Source: a virus (lineage: Duplodnaviria; Caudoviricetes). Taken from it: DNA of 64,000 bases. The position numbers and the translations under genes are program-made. Numbering within the stretch: the first letter of the stretch is position 1; every line of letters begins with the position of its first letter. The notes under the pieces are model-generated. The model was not told the DNA's origin, did no database searches, and saw nothing but the letters and a program-made list of their open reading frames with translations. Where the stretch lies: positions 16,313 through 80,312 of IMG/VR virus record IMGVR_UViG_2788500073_000001; one strand, written 5' to 3'. Below, piece by piece: positions 19,701 to 28,561 of this stretch.

Positions 19701-21732
19701 GCTGGGCCGCTTCCAGTGCTTTTACATTGGGCTCATAAGCCGGATCAGCGGCAGCAGTGGCTTTTGCTTCCTCCAGCTTTTGAAGGACATTGCCGCTCAG
19801 GTACTGGTCGCTGGTGAGCCATTCGTCCTCTTCGCTTTTGGCAGCGGGGTTCTTAAAGATCTGGCTGCCAGCCAGCTCCTGCAGCACGTCAGCTTCATCC
19901 ATTTTGCACAGGCCGGCAATGTAGCGGATGTCTACCCATCCTTTGTGGTCCAGGCAGACAAAGAGAGATTCCTGCGGAGTATCACAGGAAGTGATGGCTT
20001 TCCGCATCTTGATGGTGCGTTTGGTGAAGATGTCGGCCTTGTGGACCACATCTTCCTCATCCGTGTATTCCAGAGAGGTGAGAAGAGAGGCTTCGGCATC
20101 CTCACGGAAGAGTCGGAGGTTTACCGGTTTGGTGAGAGGCCCGAATTCTTCTACAAACTGATCGTAGAAAAGATTGAGCTTTTCCTGCTCGGGCTCCAAC
20201 TCTTCATCGGTACACTCCGCAATCTGCATCTGAATTACTTTCCGGGCCTGGTTGCGAATGGCGATCATACCCTTCACACGCTCCAGAGAACGGCCGGTGA
20301 ATTTCTGCTTAATCATACGGCTGTCCACACGCTGGTACACCTCGCCGCCGATGAGAACCATCCCGAAGTTTTTGACGCCGGGAACAGCCGGAAGGCTTTG
20401 CCCATCTTCCGTTTCCTCATCCGTTTCTACCTCCTGATAGATCCCATCACATCCCCAGCCTTTTACGGCGGCATGGAACATCTTGACCTGGTTGCTTTCA
20501 TCAACCGGTTCGACCGATTGAGGCGTTTTCATTTCAGGGACAAATTCGCCGATCATGCACTCGGGGTGTTCTTCATAATATGCAATGTGGCCGCGGGAAG
20601 GCTGAAACTGAGCGGTGTCCAGGGCGGATTTTTTTCGGGCTTTGGTAAACACCAGGATGTCGTAACAACACCCGTTGCCAAAAGCGTCATAATCCATCCG
20701 CAGGCCGCCCACCAGCCGGACAGGGATTGCTGAAAGGATAAAGGGAACCTCCCTCCACAGCTGATCCACTGTTTTGCTGTCCATCATTACCAGGAGAAGG
20801 CCGCCAGACCGTACTGCATTGACGGATCGCAGCATGGAAGCCGCGTAGTTGGGCAGTTCCAGGCCGCCGCCCTTCCTGCCGCGAAGGATCTTAGTCCCTT
20901 TTGGATAGGAAGGGGCCATTGTGATCGCCAGGTCGTAATAACTGTCCTGGAGAAAGTCGTCCTCTGCCGTGATCTCGCTGGTGGGGAATAACAGCGACTG
21001 AATGTCACCGCTCAGCCTGTCTGTGGCGTCAATCGTCACGCGGCTGGTCTTCACCAGCTTCTTGGGCAGCGAGCGGAGAATGGCGCCGTTTCCGGCGCCG
21101 TGGATCAGGATGTTCCCAGACTGGAAGCCTGCAGCCTTCAGGATACCGGAAACGGCGCGACGCACGATATGGCTGGGCGCATAAGGGTACTGGGGGAGCG
21201 ATTCAAACTCGTTAATTTCTTCGTCCGTGAAATGGGTTTCCAAGGTGTGCCGATGCTCCTGAACAGGGATCCCTTCCCAGCCGGAATAAGCGGCAAGGAT
21301 CTCCTGGCTGGCAGTATCGGCATACTCATTTGCCAGGATAAGGCGTTTTGCCTCAAGGATCGCGTCAATATTCGCTTTGACCCGATCCGCTCCGTCCACA
21401 ATCGGTTCCGGTTCGGCAGAAGGCGAAAACACCTTTGCTTTCCCTTTGCGGATGATAAGGTTTTGCACTGTCGGCAGATCCTGTTCCGCCTCCTTGTCCC
21501 ACTCGATAAGCGGGGCTTTTTTCGGAGTGCTCTGAACGGTTTCCTCCGCTTCAGAATCATTTGCGAAGGAAGTGGGATCATCGTCTTCTTCTGCGAACAT
21601 GGCTTCCCAATCCATTTGGTTCAGGTCATCCAGGGTGAGGATACCGGACTGACTACATTCATTGCCTGAAAGCAGACCGAATAAATCCTCGAAAGATACC
21701 TGCTTCATAGCAGGCGCTTGGTTTTTTGTCAT
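16780..21732 (-). CDS. DarB-like SNF2 helicase with degenerate N-terminal DNA methyltransferase domain
   Basis: HTVGSGKT, VDESHEFKN, ATGT, QRQGRIERPGN helicase motifs; N-terminal 'YSGWEG', 'HGAGNG' MTase-like remnants. Confidence 0.85.
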   Translation of the reverse strand: MTKNQAPAMKQVSFEDLFGLLSGNECSQSGILTLDDLNQMDWEAMFAEEDDDPTSFANDSEAEETVQSTPKKAPLIEWDKEAEQDLPTVQNLIIRKGKAKVFSPSAEPEPIVDGADRVKANIDAILEAKRLILANEYADTASQEILAAYSGWEGIPVQEHRHTLETHFTDEEINEFESLPQYPYAPSHIVRRAVSGILKAAGFQSGNILIHGAGNGAILRSLPKKLVKTSRVTIDATDRLSGDIQSLLFPTSEITAEDDFLQDSYYDLAITMAPSYPKGTKILRGRKGGGLELPNYAASMLRSVNAVRSGGLLLVMMDSKTVDQLWREVPFILSAIPVRLVGGLRMDYDAFGNGCCYDILVFTKARKKSALDTAQFQPSRGHIAYYEEHPECMIGEFVPEMKTPQSVEPVDESNQVKMFHAAVKGWGCDGIYQEVETDEETEDGQSLPAVPGVKNFGMVLIGGEVYQRVDSRMIKQKFTGRSLERVKGMIAIRNQARKVIQMQIAECTDEELEPEQEKLNLFYDQFVEEFGPLTKPVNLRLFREDAEASLLTSLEYTDEEDVVHKADIFTKRTIKMRKAITSCDTPQESLFVCLDHKGWVDIRYIAGLCKMDEADVLQELAGSQIFKNPAAKSEEDEWLTSDQYLSGNVLQKLEEAKATAAADPAYEPNVKALEAAQPPLIPAEDIDVTLGSPFLSPDYVSQFLFEKIGKKKTGRGPNSFLIQKKANGGYKIKTYCYIAATNPEFCSVYGTVEYNAIWLTQRLMNKYEVVATKEETDASGKIHKVRDHEKTVILLEKCRLIEDAFREWIFQDPTRETEIVSAYNQQYNNEVVPKYDGSHLTFPGMTAAIELKPHQKNAVYRIIRENGALIGHTVGSGKTITLLAAGMELKRLGRINKPLYLVPNNLLPQWGGEMMRLYPSANILLADPADMRKARRKRFLTRMALGDYDAIILGSSSFSLIPTPTDSVQKTIWHNAELMRRVRFSENSRVTTADLVTPRMREDQAQNFLANQSADYNLEELGIDYLFVDESHEFKNLYCPTGGNGLRGVSNTASAKCTDLYYKTKYLASLYGGKGGFTFATGTAIVNSITELYSLQRYFQEDLLIEKNIFGLDDWLALYGNITTDWELPPEGLNENGEGFRQVRRVSSFKNVPELMKMVLQFLDTVTKDQIQMNTPDVVIQTVSCPASIEQKAYMQELVERANLIRQGRTKKNKDNMLAVTVDGRKAALDIRTVRPRAPESKTNKVNQCADRIWEFYQKYQSLRATQVAFSDISTPNQAGFNVYDALKQKLVKLGIPEDEIAFAHDFKTAKQQTSMRIKMQSGRLRVLIGSTATIGQGVNIQNRLIALHNLDVPWTPKDIDQRQGRIERPGNMHTTVFVFNYVTEGSFDSYMWQLIELKAKLISQVLRGDYSHRTIEDSDTKVLTYSEIKAIATGDTRFLQRAKLEGEIARLETLKRGFDSQRSRLKQDVHINIPHTIQYLKELIPRLEQDASHLKSYYGDPVLECDGKSYHLNNKEEWSEAIKVLGPKVVKLEQGDILGKYNGMEIVAVRQDAVSSFFAAKDYTIALQGKATHRLDQDRIIFKGISVLKLCDEIVNGIPDSLKEKQDKLRSNELALKSAEALLSEPFEQQERLDQLKEEYAELTELLTA

Positions 21733-21810
21733 GACAATTCCTTCTTTCATTGGTTTTTGGCTTTTCTCTATGTAAAAAGGCCATCCCTTCTGACCAGGAA
21801 GGGACAGGCC

Positions 21811-21980
21811 TTGAATTGGCAATAAAAAAGGCACGGTCGTGCCCAAAAGGGCGCAATCGTGCCGTTAGGTTTCACACCGGCCAAGCGTCAATGACGAAAG
21901 GCCTTACTTTACTGCTTCGGTGAGCAGCGGATACTTTCATGGAATACCTGAAGTATATGCCGCTTTTTGTATCGTGTCAA
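21811..21980 (-). promoter_or_regulatory. dispersed promoter-leader-terminator repeat, copy 2
   Basis: TTGACA-17-TATACT; variant inner hairpin CGTC-ATT-GACG, 3 nt shorter. Confidence 0.92.
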
Positions 21981-22018
21981 GGGTATTGCTAGCGCTGGAT
22001 CCCTAAATCTGAGCATAG

Positions 22019-22048
22019 AAAAAAGCCCCGCCGAAGCGGGGCTTTTTA
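22019..22048. terminator. intrinsic terminator
   Basis: AAAAGCCCCGCCGAAGCGGGGCTTTTT; near-identical hairpin at 61907-61933. Confidence 0.85.
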
Positions 22049-22067
22049 TTAGGGGATAGAACGAGAT

Positions 22068-22286
22068 TCAGATGCTATCCGGTTCTTTGATTGGAATTCC
22101 GCTTACGAAAGCGGCTTCAATCCACTCGTTCTTTGCGTCTTTCCCATTGGCAACTGCCTCTTCCAACGTTTCGCCAAAGGTGAAACACCCCGGCAAATCT
22201 GGATAGGAGATTACAAACCCGCCCTCGGGGTCTGGAATAATTTCCATCCGGTAGGGCAATGAAAGGTATTTACTCAATGATTTCAT
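22068..22286 (-). CDS. hicB: HicB-family antitoxin (short, no adjacent hicA)
   Basis: 'YPDLPGCFTFGETLEEAVANGKDA...IPIKEP'. Confidence 0.85.
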   Translation of the reverse strand: MKSLSKYLSLPYRMEIIPDPEGGFVISYPDLPGCFTFGETLEEAVANGKDAKNEWIEAAFVSGIPIKEPDSI

Positions 22287-22316
22287 GGCTGCTACCTCGC
22301 GTATGAAGCCTTCATG

Positions 22317-23144
22317 TCAGGACAGGTGAAGCGCTTTCTCCACAGCAGGTCGCTCATCCTTGGTGACACCTGCCTCCTCACAGGCCTGGGCAAAGGAGAA
22401 GTCATGCTTCTCCATAAGACGCTTGACGGCTCTTGCGATGCCACTGATTTCACCTTCAGCTTTACCTTCGGCTCTACCTTCGGCTTTACCGTCGTTCCAA
22501 ATCTCTTCAGAAATTCTGCACATATAGTCCACTCCTTCCTGATCGTCTTTGTAGTACCGGACATTCTCGGCCAGTACAGCATTGTTCATTTCCTCTGGTC
22601 TTTTGCAAAAGAAATCGTGCATCAACGAGCCTACCGGGTCGTTTCCCCGATACTGCCCGTTTACATACAGGATGTGCTCCCCGTCGTCAAATGATGCGCC
22701 GGTTTCCTGCACCACCCTCTCGATATGATACAGGGGCAGGCCCTGCTCAAAATAATCGTTCTCAGTGATGAAGATGACATAGGTTTCCACCAGTTCCTCG
22801 TACTTCCTACCCGGTTCGGTGATACTGGAATCGAGAAGGCTGCTGTTATACCGCGCCCTTTTCTGGGAAGCGCCGCTGTCAGCCCGTTGCACCTCAATAT
22901 CATAGATGGCGCCGGTTTTGTCAGTGGCCAGGATGTCCAGCCTGACAGAGCGGCCCCACAAATTCTTCAGGTCGCGCTGTGTGAAGACTTCCACAACCTG
23001 CAGGTCGTCCCGCTGCAACAAACAGCGGATTAACAGCTGCGTACACTCTTTGTCTTTGAATACCACCGTCATGAAAGTATCGTCAATGAGGCGGAATTCT
23101 TGGACAAGATTTAAGAGTTTTCTCCGTTTCTCTTCGCAATCCAT
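22317..23144 (-). CDS. Rpn / PD-(D/E)XK nuclease family protein
   Basis: 'SVRLDILA...YDIEVQR...KRARYNSS', YVIFI, C-terminal GKAEGRAEGKAEG repeats. Confidence 0.85.
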   Translation of the reverse strand: MDCEEKRRKLLNLVQEFRLIDDTFMTVVFKDKECTQLLIRCLLQRDDLQVVEVFTQRDLKNLWGRSVRLDILATDKTGAIYDIEVQRADSGASQKRARYNSSLLDSSITEPGRKYEELVETYVIFITENDYFEQGLPLYHIERVVQETGASFDDGEHILYVNGQYRGNDPVGSLMHDFFCKRPEEMNNAVLAENVRYYKDDQEGVDYMCRISEEIWNDGKAEGRAEGKAEGEISGIARAVKRLMEKHDFSFAQACEEAGVTKDERPAVEKALHLS

Positions 23145-23203
23145 GGGATCACCTCTTACTTGTATTGTATATGATTTTTTGGTGTTCGTCAATCTAACCG
23201 GAA

Positions 23204-23890
23204 TCAGAGCGGTTCGTCCTCAAACTCCTCAAAGTCAGGCGCCTCTGGCGGATACGAATTGCCGCCGGACTGCCGCTTTGCTTTCGCTCTGGCCTTCTGT
23301 TCTTTCCGCCGCCGGGCCTTGTAAGGCTCGATGGTGTTGCGGATGAAGGGTGCCCCGAGGGTGATTTCCCATACGGAGATGTAGGCCAGAATGTCACCAA
23401 AGAACTTTTGAATTTCGTCATCCGAGAGGAACTTTTTTACGGATTTCTCCGGCTGGAATTTTCCCCCGGCTGACGTACCGGCTGTGATGGCGATGGTCCA
23501 GGGATAATTGACCTTCTGGTCATTCCGTTTGGGCTGCCGCGTGACCTTGATCATCTCCATCCGGTTGGAACCGAAAGAGGAGAAGTCTTTCGTGGTTCCC
23601 CACTCAAAGTCCCGGTCGGTCATATTGAGCATACAGATCTTCTGGTAAAGCAGCCGGATCTCCGACGGCTCCAGATTGTAGCTCAGAAAGACCGACGGTT
23701 CCTTATCAAAATCGGTCACATTGATCTTGATCCGGCTGTACCGGGCGTGCAAAGACGCCGGGCACTTATCCGGGTCCCCGTCAAGGTCAGGGGCCTGAAG
23801 ATAATCACAGGCCGCCACCAGCGTTTTCCGGTTGGTGATAAAGGCGATCTGGGTCACATCGGTGTCGTAACGCTTTTCGTTTTTGCTCAT
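23204..23890 (-). CDS. hypothetical protein
   Basis: RBS AAGGAG; in operon with the AAA/VWA genes; acidic C-terminal tail. Confidence 0.7.
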   Translation of the reverse strand: MSKNEKRYDTDVTQIAFITNRKTLVAACDYLQAPDLDGDPDKCPASLHARYSRIKINVTDFDKEPSVFLSYNLEPSEIRLLYQKICMLNMTDRDFEWGTTKDFSSFGSNRMEMIKVTRQPKRNDQKVNYPWTIAITAGTSAGGKFQPEKSVKKFLSDDEIQKFFGDILAYISVWEITLGAPFIRNTIEPYKARRRKEQKARAKAKRQSGGNSYPPEAPDFEEFEDEPL

Positions 23891-23908
23891 GATGTTTTCT
23901 CCTTCTTG

Positions 23909-26140
23909 CTACTTGATAAATCGTTTCATGGTGTTCAGCAAAGTCTTGGGCATCCGGGCCAGGTCGGAAACCTCAAAGAGGTTTTCCCCGTAGATCTCCT
24001 GAAGCTGGGGGATGTCCTCATCCAGGGCGGCCGCAAAGACCAGCACGCCGGATTTTTTGGCGTCCTCCATCACTGCTTTCAGGTGTGCCACTCCTTCTTC
24101 CATGCTGCGGTAATCCGCCGGCAGGCCATCGGAGATGATAAAGAGCAGCTTCAAATCCTCCGGGCGCTTCTTCAGTTCCGAGAGCATGTAGTTGAGGGCA
24201 GTACCGTCCCGGTTGCCGTCCAATGCCTGGGCAGCACAGATCCGGTATTTATCCTCCTTGTCTACTTTCTGGAACGGCGCCATGACCTCCATCACAACCG
24301 CCTTTTGGATCCAATCGACTGTGTGGCCGGCTACCATAACCGGAAAGTCCAAATCCACACAGAAATCATAGAGGACCAGAGCTGCATTGCTGGCGGCCTG
24401 GATCTTCGTTTGGAACAGGTTCTGCCCGCTGCTGTCCACCGCACTACTGCACATGGAACCGGATTGGTCGATGAGCAGGGCAGTGGCTACCTGGGGCCGA
24501 TCGTTTGGGAGCCGGTTCTTGGTGAAATACTTCTCGTCCGTCCGGTACAGGCTTCGGGTATCCAGCCGCCGGCCATAAGCAAGGCCGGTGAGCTTAGTTC
24601 CCCGTCTACGATCACGGAGGATTTTGAGCAGTTCCTTCTTGAGTGACTTGGAAACAGGGGAGATCTTGGGCCAGATGTAGTCATACCGCTGGATGCCTGC
24701 CTCCGGTACGGATGGAGAGCGATCTACCACGATACGGTAATCATCACCCTCAGCCGATTCATTGGCGTTTTTTTGCAGGGTGTCTTTCAGTTGGTTCTCA
24801 ACCTTCTCATGGGCGGTATCTTTCGCCAGATCGGTTTCCACATTGTTCAGGATTTTCCCGAATGAGCCATCGCTGCTGCCCGCATCGCTTGCGGATTCAA
24901 TGCGGATGGTTGCATCGGCCGTCTGATTGTTATCTTCATTACCGCTCTCCTGAGTGGCCTGCTTCGCATCACCGGAGTTCCCTTCCGCTTCAGATTCTCC
25001 ATCCTGCCCGTTGCCGCCGGAAGGGCCGCTGCCCTCGCCTTCTTGTTCCTCCGATTGGGAGGGGGAAGGGAGTTCAATGAAAACCCGCAGCGGCCGCCCG
25101 GAATTGCTGTCCGGGTGGTCTTGATGGTCGGAACCGGGGCCTTCGAGGATCGTCTGAAGGATTTCTTCCAGCAGGCCGGCCAGTTCTTCGTCGGATAGCT
25201 CCTGAAGTTCCTGATCGGGCTGCGTTTCTTGACCCAACTGTTCCTCAATAAGGTCCCAGTTTTCCGCCATGATGTTCAGTGCCAGCTCTTTGCGGGCCAG
25301 AGCATTGGAATTTTCCACCTCACGATTGACCTGGAGAGACAACCGAGCGATTCGGTTATGGATGTCTGCAATCCCTTCGCTAAATGCAGGGTCAATCTCA
25401 ACACTGCCTATTTTGAGCAGCGTGAGCAGGGCGTTTTGGAATACGCTCCACCGCCTCTGGGCATAGTCGGGATTTTCTCGCAAAGATTCCATAAAATCGC
25501 CGCTGAAAAAAGTTTGGTTCAGGATCCGCAGGGACTTTTTGGTGTCCCCAGGGTGCAGCAGCACAATACTCCGTTCGATGTAGGCGTCTTCCAGCACATT
25601 GTCCAGATCCTGATACAGCGTTGCAATCGCTTTACAGGTGCGGGGGCCTTTCTCCAGCGCAGCCTGGATTCCTTCCAGGCCATGCTCGTTTTGAGAAGTT
25701 ACCCGATGCCGAGGTGGATAGATATTGCCAGAAGTCCAGGTTTCCCACTGTGTTTTTAACAGCGAGAAGTCCGTAAACAGGCAATGGGCAAACTCATGGC
25801 AGGCTAATCCCATGACACAATAGTTCCGATCGCTCCGGCGCGAGAGTTTCTGAATCGCAGGATAAGCCGCATTGATGACCACAGTGATATTATTTGTGTA
25901 GGCAGTCACGGCGTTTGGCTTTTCATCCCAGATAACCCTAGGCAGGGCGTGGATGTCCTTGCGGCCGGTACGGCCAACCAAATAGGCTCCCAGGCTGCTG
26001 AGCTGGCGCTGATACGCCGCGCTGCAGAAGATGTCCCGATCGCTGAGGCCGGCGCGGGCATCCATCAGGGCTTTCTGGATGGTGGCCGGGGTAATGATTG
26101 TTTTTCGGTATTCGGCTTCCAGCCGTTTCTTTTCTGACAT
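23909..26140 (-). CDS. CobT-like VWA domain protein with N-terminal HExxH region
   Basis: HEFAH, NVLED, acidic linker, MIDAS DQSGS, ISDGLP. Confidence 0.85.
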   Translation of the reverse strand: MSEKKRLEAEYRKTIITPATIQKALMDARAGLSDRDIFCSAAYQRQLSSLGAYLVGRTGRKDIHALPRVIWDEKPNAVTAYTNNITVVINAAYPAIQKLSRRSDRNYCVMGLACHEFAHCLFTDFSLLKTQWETWTSGNIYPPRHRVTSQNEHGLEGIQAALEKGPRTCKAIATLYQDLDNVLEDAYIERSIVLLHPGDTKKSLRILNQTFFSGDFMESLRENPDYAQRRWSVFQNALLTLLKIGSVEIDPAFSEGIADIHNRIARLSLQVNREVENSNALARKELALNIMAENWDLIEEQLGQETQPDQELQELSDEELAGLLEEILQTILEGPGSDHQDHPDSNSGRPLRVFIELPSPSQSEEQEGEGSGPSGGNGQDGESEAEGNSGDAKQATQESGNEDNNQTADATIRIESASDAGSSDGSFGKILNNVETDLAKDTAHEKVENQLKDTLQKNANESAEGDDYRIVVDRSPSVPEAGIQRYDYIWPKISPVSKSLKKELLKILRDRRRGTKLTGLAYGRRLDTRSLYRTDEKYFTKNRLPNDRPQVATALLIDQSGSMCSSAVDSSGQNLFQTKIQAASNAALVLYDFCVDLDFPVMVAGHTVDWIQKAVVMEVMAPFQKVDKEDKYRICAAQALDGNRDGTALNYMLSELKKRPEDLKLLFIISDGLPADYRSMEEGVAHLKAVMEDAKKSGVLVFAAALDEDIPQLQEIYGENLFEVSDLARMPKTLLNTMKRFIK

Positions 26141-26222
26141 AGACTTTCCTCCTAATGAAAAATCCCCTGATATGTGCGCACAACTGGTCGATTGTACGCA
26201 CGCAAAGGGGATTACATGTTGG

Positions 26223-28160
26223 TTATTCAAGTTCTTCAATGCTTTGGTGGATGCAGGTACGCACCAGGGCAATATCATCGGGGTCTTCGCCCACAGAGGG
26301 AAGAACGGTGAGTTCCGCTGCAGCGCGCATATCGCCGCCGAGAAGGACCGTCATCTTGGCCCAGTTGATTGCCTCACGGGTGCCGACACTCCCACCTTCG
26401 ATCTCCGCAGAGAAGTTGTCCTGGATACGGAGCACCGTCTGGACGATAGTGCGGCAAGCCTGTTCAGTGATCTCGGGGACGTGCATTCGGATGCGCTCCA
26501 CCATTTCATCTTCGCTGGGGTGATTCAGATCGCATTTGACCTCGATACGGCTGTATACCGATTGGTTGCCATCCGTTGTACCGGCGTAGCCGACATTCTG
26601 GGTAAACACAATGACGGTATCGGGATGCCGCTGGATCACCTCGCCGGTGGGGAGACGGAGCTGCCCATTCTCTAAGATGTTGTTAAGGCCTACCAGAACG
26701 CCAGGCTTGAGGATGGTGTTCATCTCCTGGAGCTCCACCAGCCAGCCGCGTTGGAATCCCATGGCCAGGTCAGAGTAGACCACCTTGAACTTGGAATTCT
26801 CACCGCTGAACAGCCCGACATCCTTCTTGCAAACGCTGATCAGCTTGGCCGTCAGCGCCGCGAAACATTCTGCTTCGCCAGCTTCTTCGTTTTCTATGCC
26901 GGTGATCTGTTCATAGACCACATCCGGCATAGAGGCAATTTCGAGAAAGCTGGGCAGAGCAAGGCCGCTGTCCCGCAACGCATAGAGGAGGTAATCGTAC
27001 AACTCAGCGTCGGTAGTGATTTTGGATTCAGTGTTTGGGATCAGGTTGGAGGTGAGATCAAAAAATTCAAGCTCTGCGTGCCCGGTAATGACCCCATAGG
27101 GGTTGCCGAACATGGATGCCAGGGCTTTGGCGCCTTCCGTTTTACCGGAACCGGCCGGTCCCCGCATCATGATGTTGCGGAAGGGCTTCCTAAAGATGGA
27201 CGAACCAGCCACCGCTTTGGCGATGTTCATCACCGCCGGAACCGGTACATACCAGTCCGGAATGGTGAGCAGCCGGCTGCGATCCTCATCATCGTAAACC
27301 CGATCCGGATCGATGGGGTACATGTTGGGTTCAACCGTGACTGGGCAATCGGATCGTACCGTTTTTAAGATGCCTTCCAGTACGAACAGATGCTGCTGCT
27401 CCAAAGCAGCGTTATTTTCCGACAATGGCATCAGCAGCATATCCGGGGCAAACATAACAGTCGGTTCCTCAGTTTTGACATAGCCGATTTTTTCATTCCG
27501 CAGCAGCACTTTCAGGCATCCATCCCGGGCGTTCAGGTAAGAACTGTCTACCTGAAACGGTGCATTATACGCCGCTCTCGTTGCAGGATTTATCTGATCC
27601 TTCAACTGGAGAAACAGTTCCCCTAAAATATCTTCTGCACGGGCGGGGCCGCTGGGAAATTTCAGACGATATTCCCTGGCAAAGCCAGCCGTTATCATGG
27701 CGAAGCCGCTGGAATTGCTCTCATACTGCATGATGGCAAAGAGCATAGCGCAGATCGCTTCCTTTGCTCCGGCATCTTCCAGACGCATACTATCCCATTT
27801 TTCCTCAAGATGGTTCCACACGATTCCCCGCAGCTCGAACTTTTCAAATCTGGAGTATTCCAGAATGTAAGCCCTGCCGTCAAGATGGGCGGGACTGCCG
27901 TACTCGAAGAAATACCGGCCGACTTCATCGGCAGCATAACCAGCGCTGGATGTGGCGAGAGAGGCGGGATTCTTTTTGGACTCCCAAAGCCGGAACCAGG
28001 CGGTTTCATTCTGGCCGAATACATTCGCGATTGCGTTTGCTGCAAAAGCCGGAACGCCTAACCTGTCCAAAGAAGCGGCGAAAAACGGCTTCATATTGTC
28101 GATCAGTTCGGCGGGCGTCGTAAGGTCTGTCAGCAACGAATAAAGTGTTTTCTTTGGCAT
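26223..28160 (-). CDS. MoxR/CbbQ-like AAA+ ATPase
   Basis: GPAGSGKT, VELQE (atypical Walker B), LNNILE, TQNVGYAG, SR; adjacent VWA gene. Confidence 0.85.
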   Translation of the reverse strand: MPKKTLYSLLTDLTTPAELIDNMKPFFAASLDRLGVPAFAANAIANVFGQNETAWFRLWESKKNPASLATSSAGYAADEVGRYFFEYGSPAHLDGRAYILEYSRFEKFELRGIVWNHLEEKWDSMRLEDAGAKEAICAMLFAIMQYESNSSGFAMITAGFAREYRLKFPSGPARAEDILGELFLQLKDQINPATRAAYNAPFQVDSSYLNARDGCLKVLLRNEKIGYVKTEEPTVMFAPDMLLMPLSENNAALEQQHLFVLEGILKTVRSDCPVTVEPNMYPIDPDRVYDDEDRSRLLTIPDWYVPVPAVMNIAKAVAGSSIFRKPFRNIMMRGPAGSGKTEGAKALASMFGNPYGVITGHAELEFFDLTSNLIPNTESKITTDAELYDYLLYALRDSGLALPSFLEIASMPDVVYEQITGIENEEAGEAECFAALTAKLISVCKKDVGLFSGENSKFKVVYSDLAMGFQRGWLVELQEMNTILKPGVLVGLNNILENGQLRLPTGEVIQRHPDTVIVFTQNVGYAGTTDGNQSVYSRIEVKCDLNHPSEDEMVERIRMHVPEITEQACRTIVQTVLRIQDNFSAEIEGGSVGTREAINWAKMTVLLGGDMRAAAELTVLPSVGEDPDDIALVRTCIHQSIEELE

Positions 28161-28236
28161 AAAATCTCCTTCTTTTCTTGGTTTTTGGTATGATCTATAT
28201 GGAAAGGCCCCTTCCCTTGACCAAAGGGAAGATTCC

Positions 28237-28409
28237 TTGAATTGGCAATAAAAAAGGCACGGTCGCGCCCAAAAGGGCGCAATCGTGCCGTTAGGTTTCA
28301 CACCGGCCAGCTGTCAGTATGGACAGGAGGCCTTACTTTACTGCTTCGGTGAGCAGCGGATACTTTCATGGAATATCTGAAGTGTACCCCCGTTTTTGTA
28401 TCGTGTCAA
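28237..28409 (-). promoter_or_regulatory. dispersed promoter-leader-terminator repeat, copy 3
   Basis: Same cassette, upstream of the AAA/VWA operon. Confidence 0.92.
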
Positions 28410-28561
28410 GGGCTTGTGAATGAGAAAAGCCGGGATAGTATGGTCTATCCCAGCTCGTGCTCTGAAATCCAACCGACAAGCGCTTCAACAGGCTTTTCTC
28501 CAGCAGCAATTTGCAGAATAATATTGGATAATCCTATTTTGTGAAAGCTGCGTCTTGCATT

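Noticed and set aside
17494-20733. 1079-aa plus-strand ORF, and similar ones at 7388-8557 and 59208-60959
   Set aside because: Antisense shadows of well-supported minus-strand genes, with no recognisable motifs.
28161-28301. N-terminal extensions such as MKPNGTIAPFWARPCLF and small ORFs (MRPFGRDRAFFIANS, MDRRPYFTAS) recurring in the ORF track
   Set aside because: They are translations of the repeated leader, lack an RBS and cross the terminator; true starts lie downstream after clear SD sequences.
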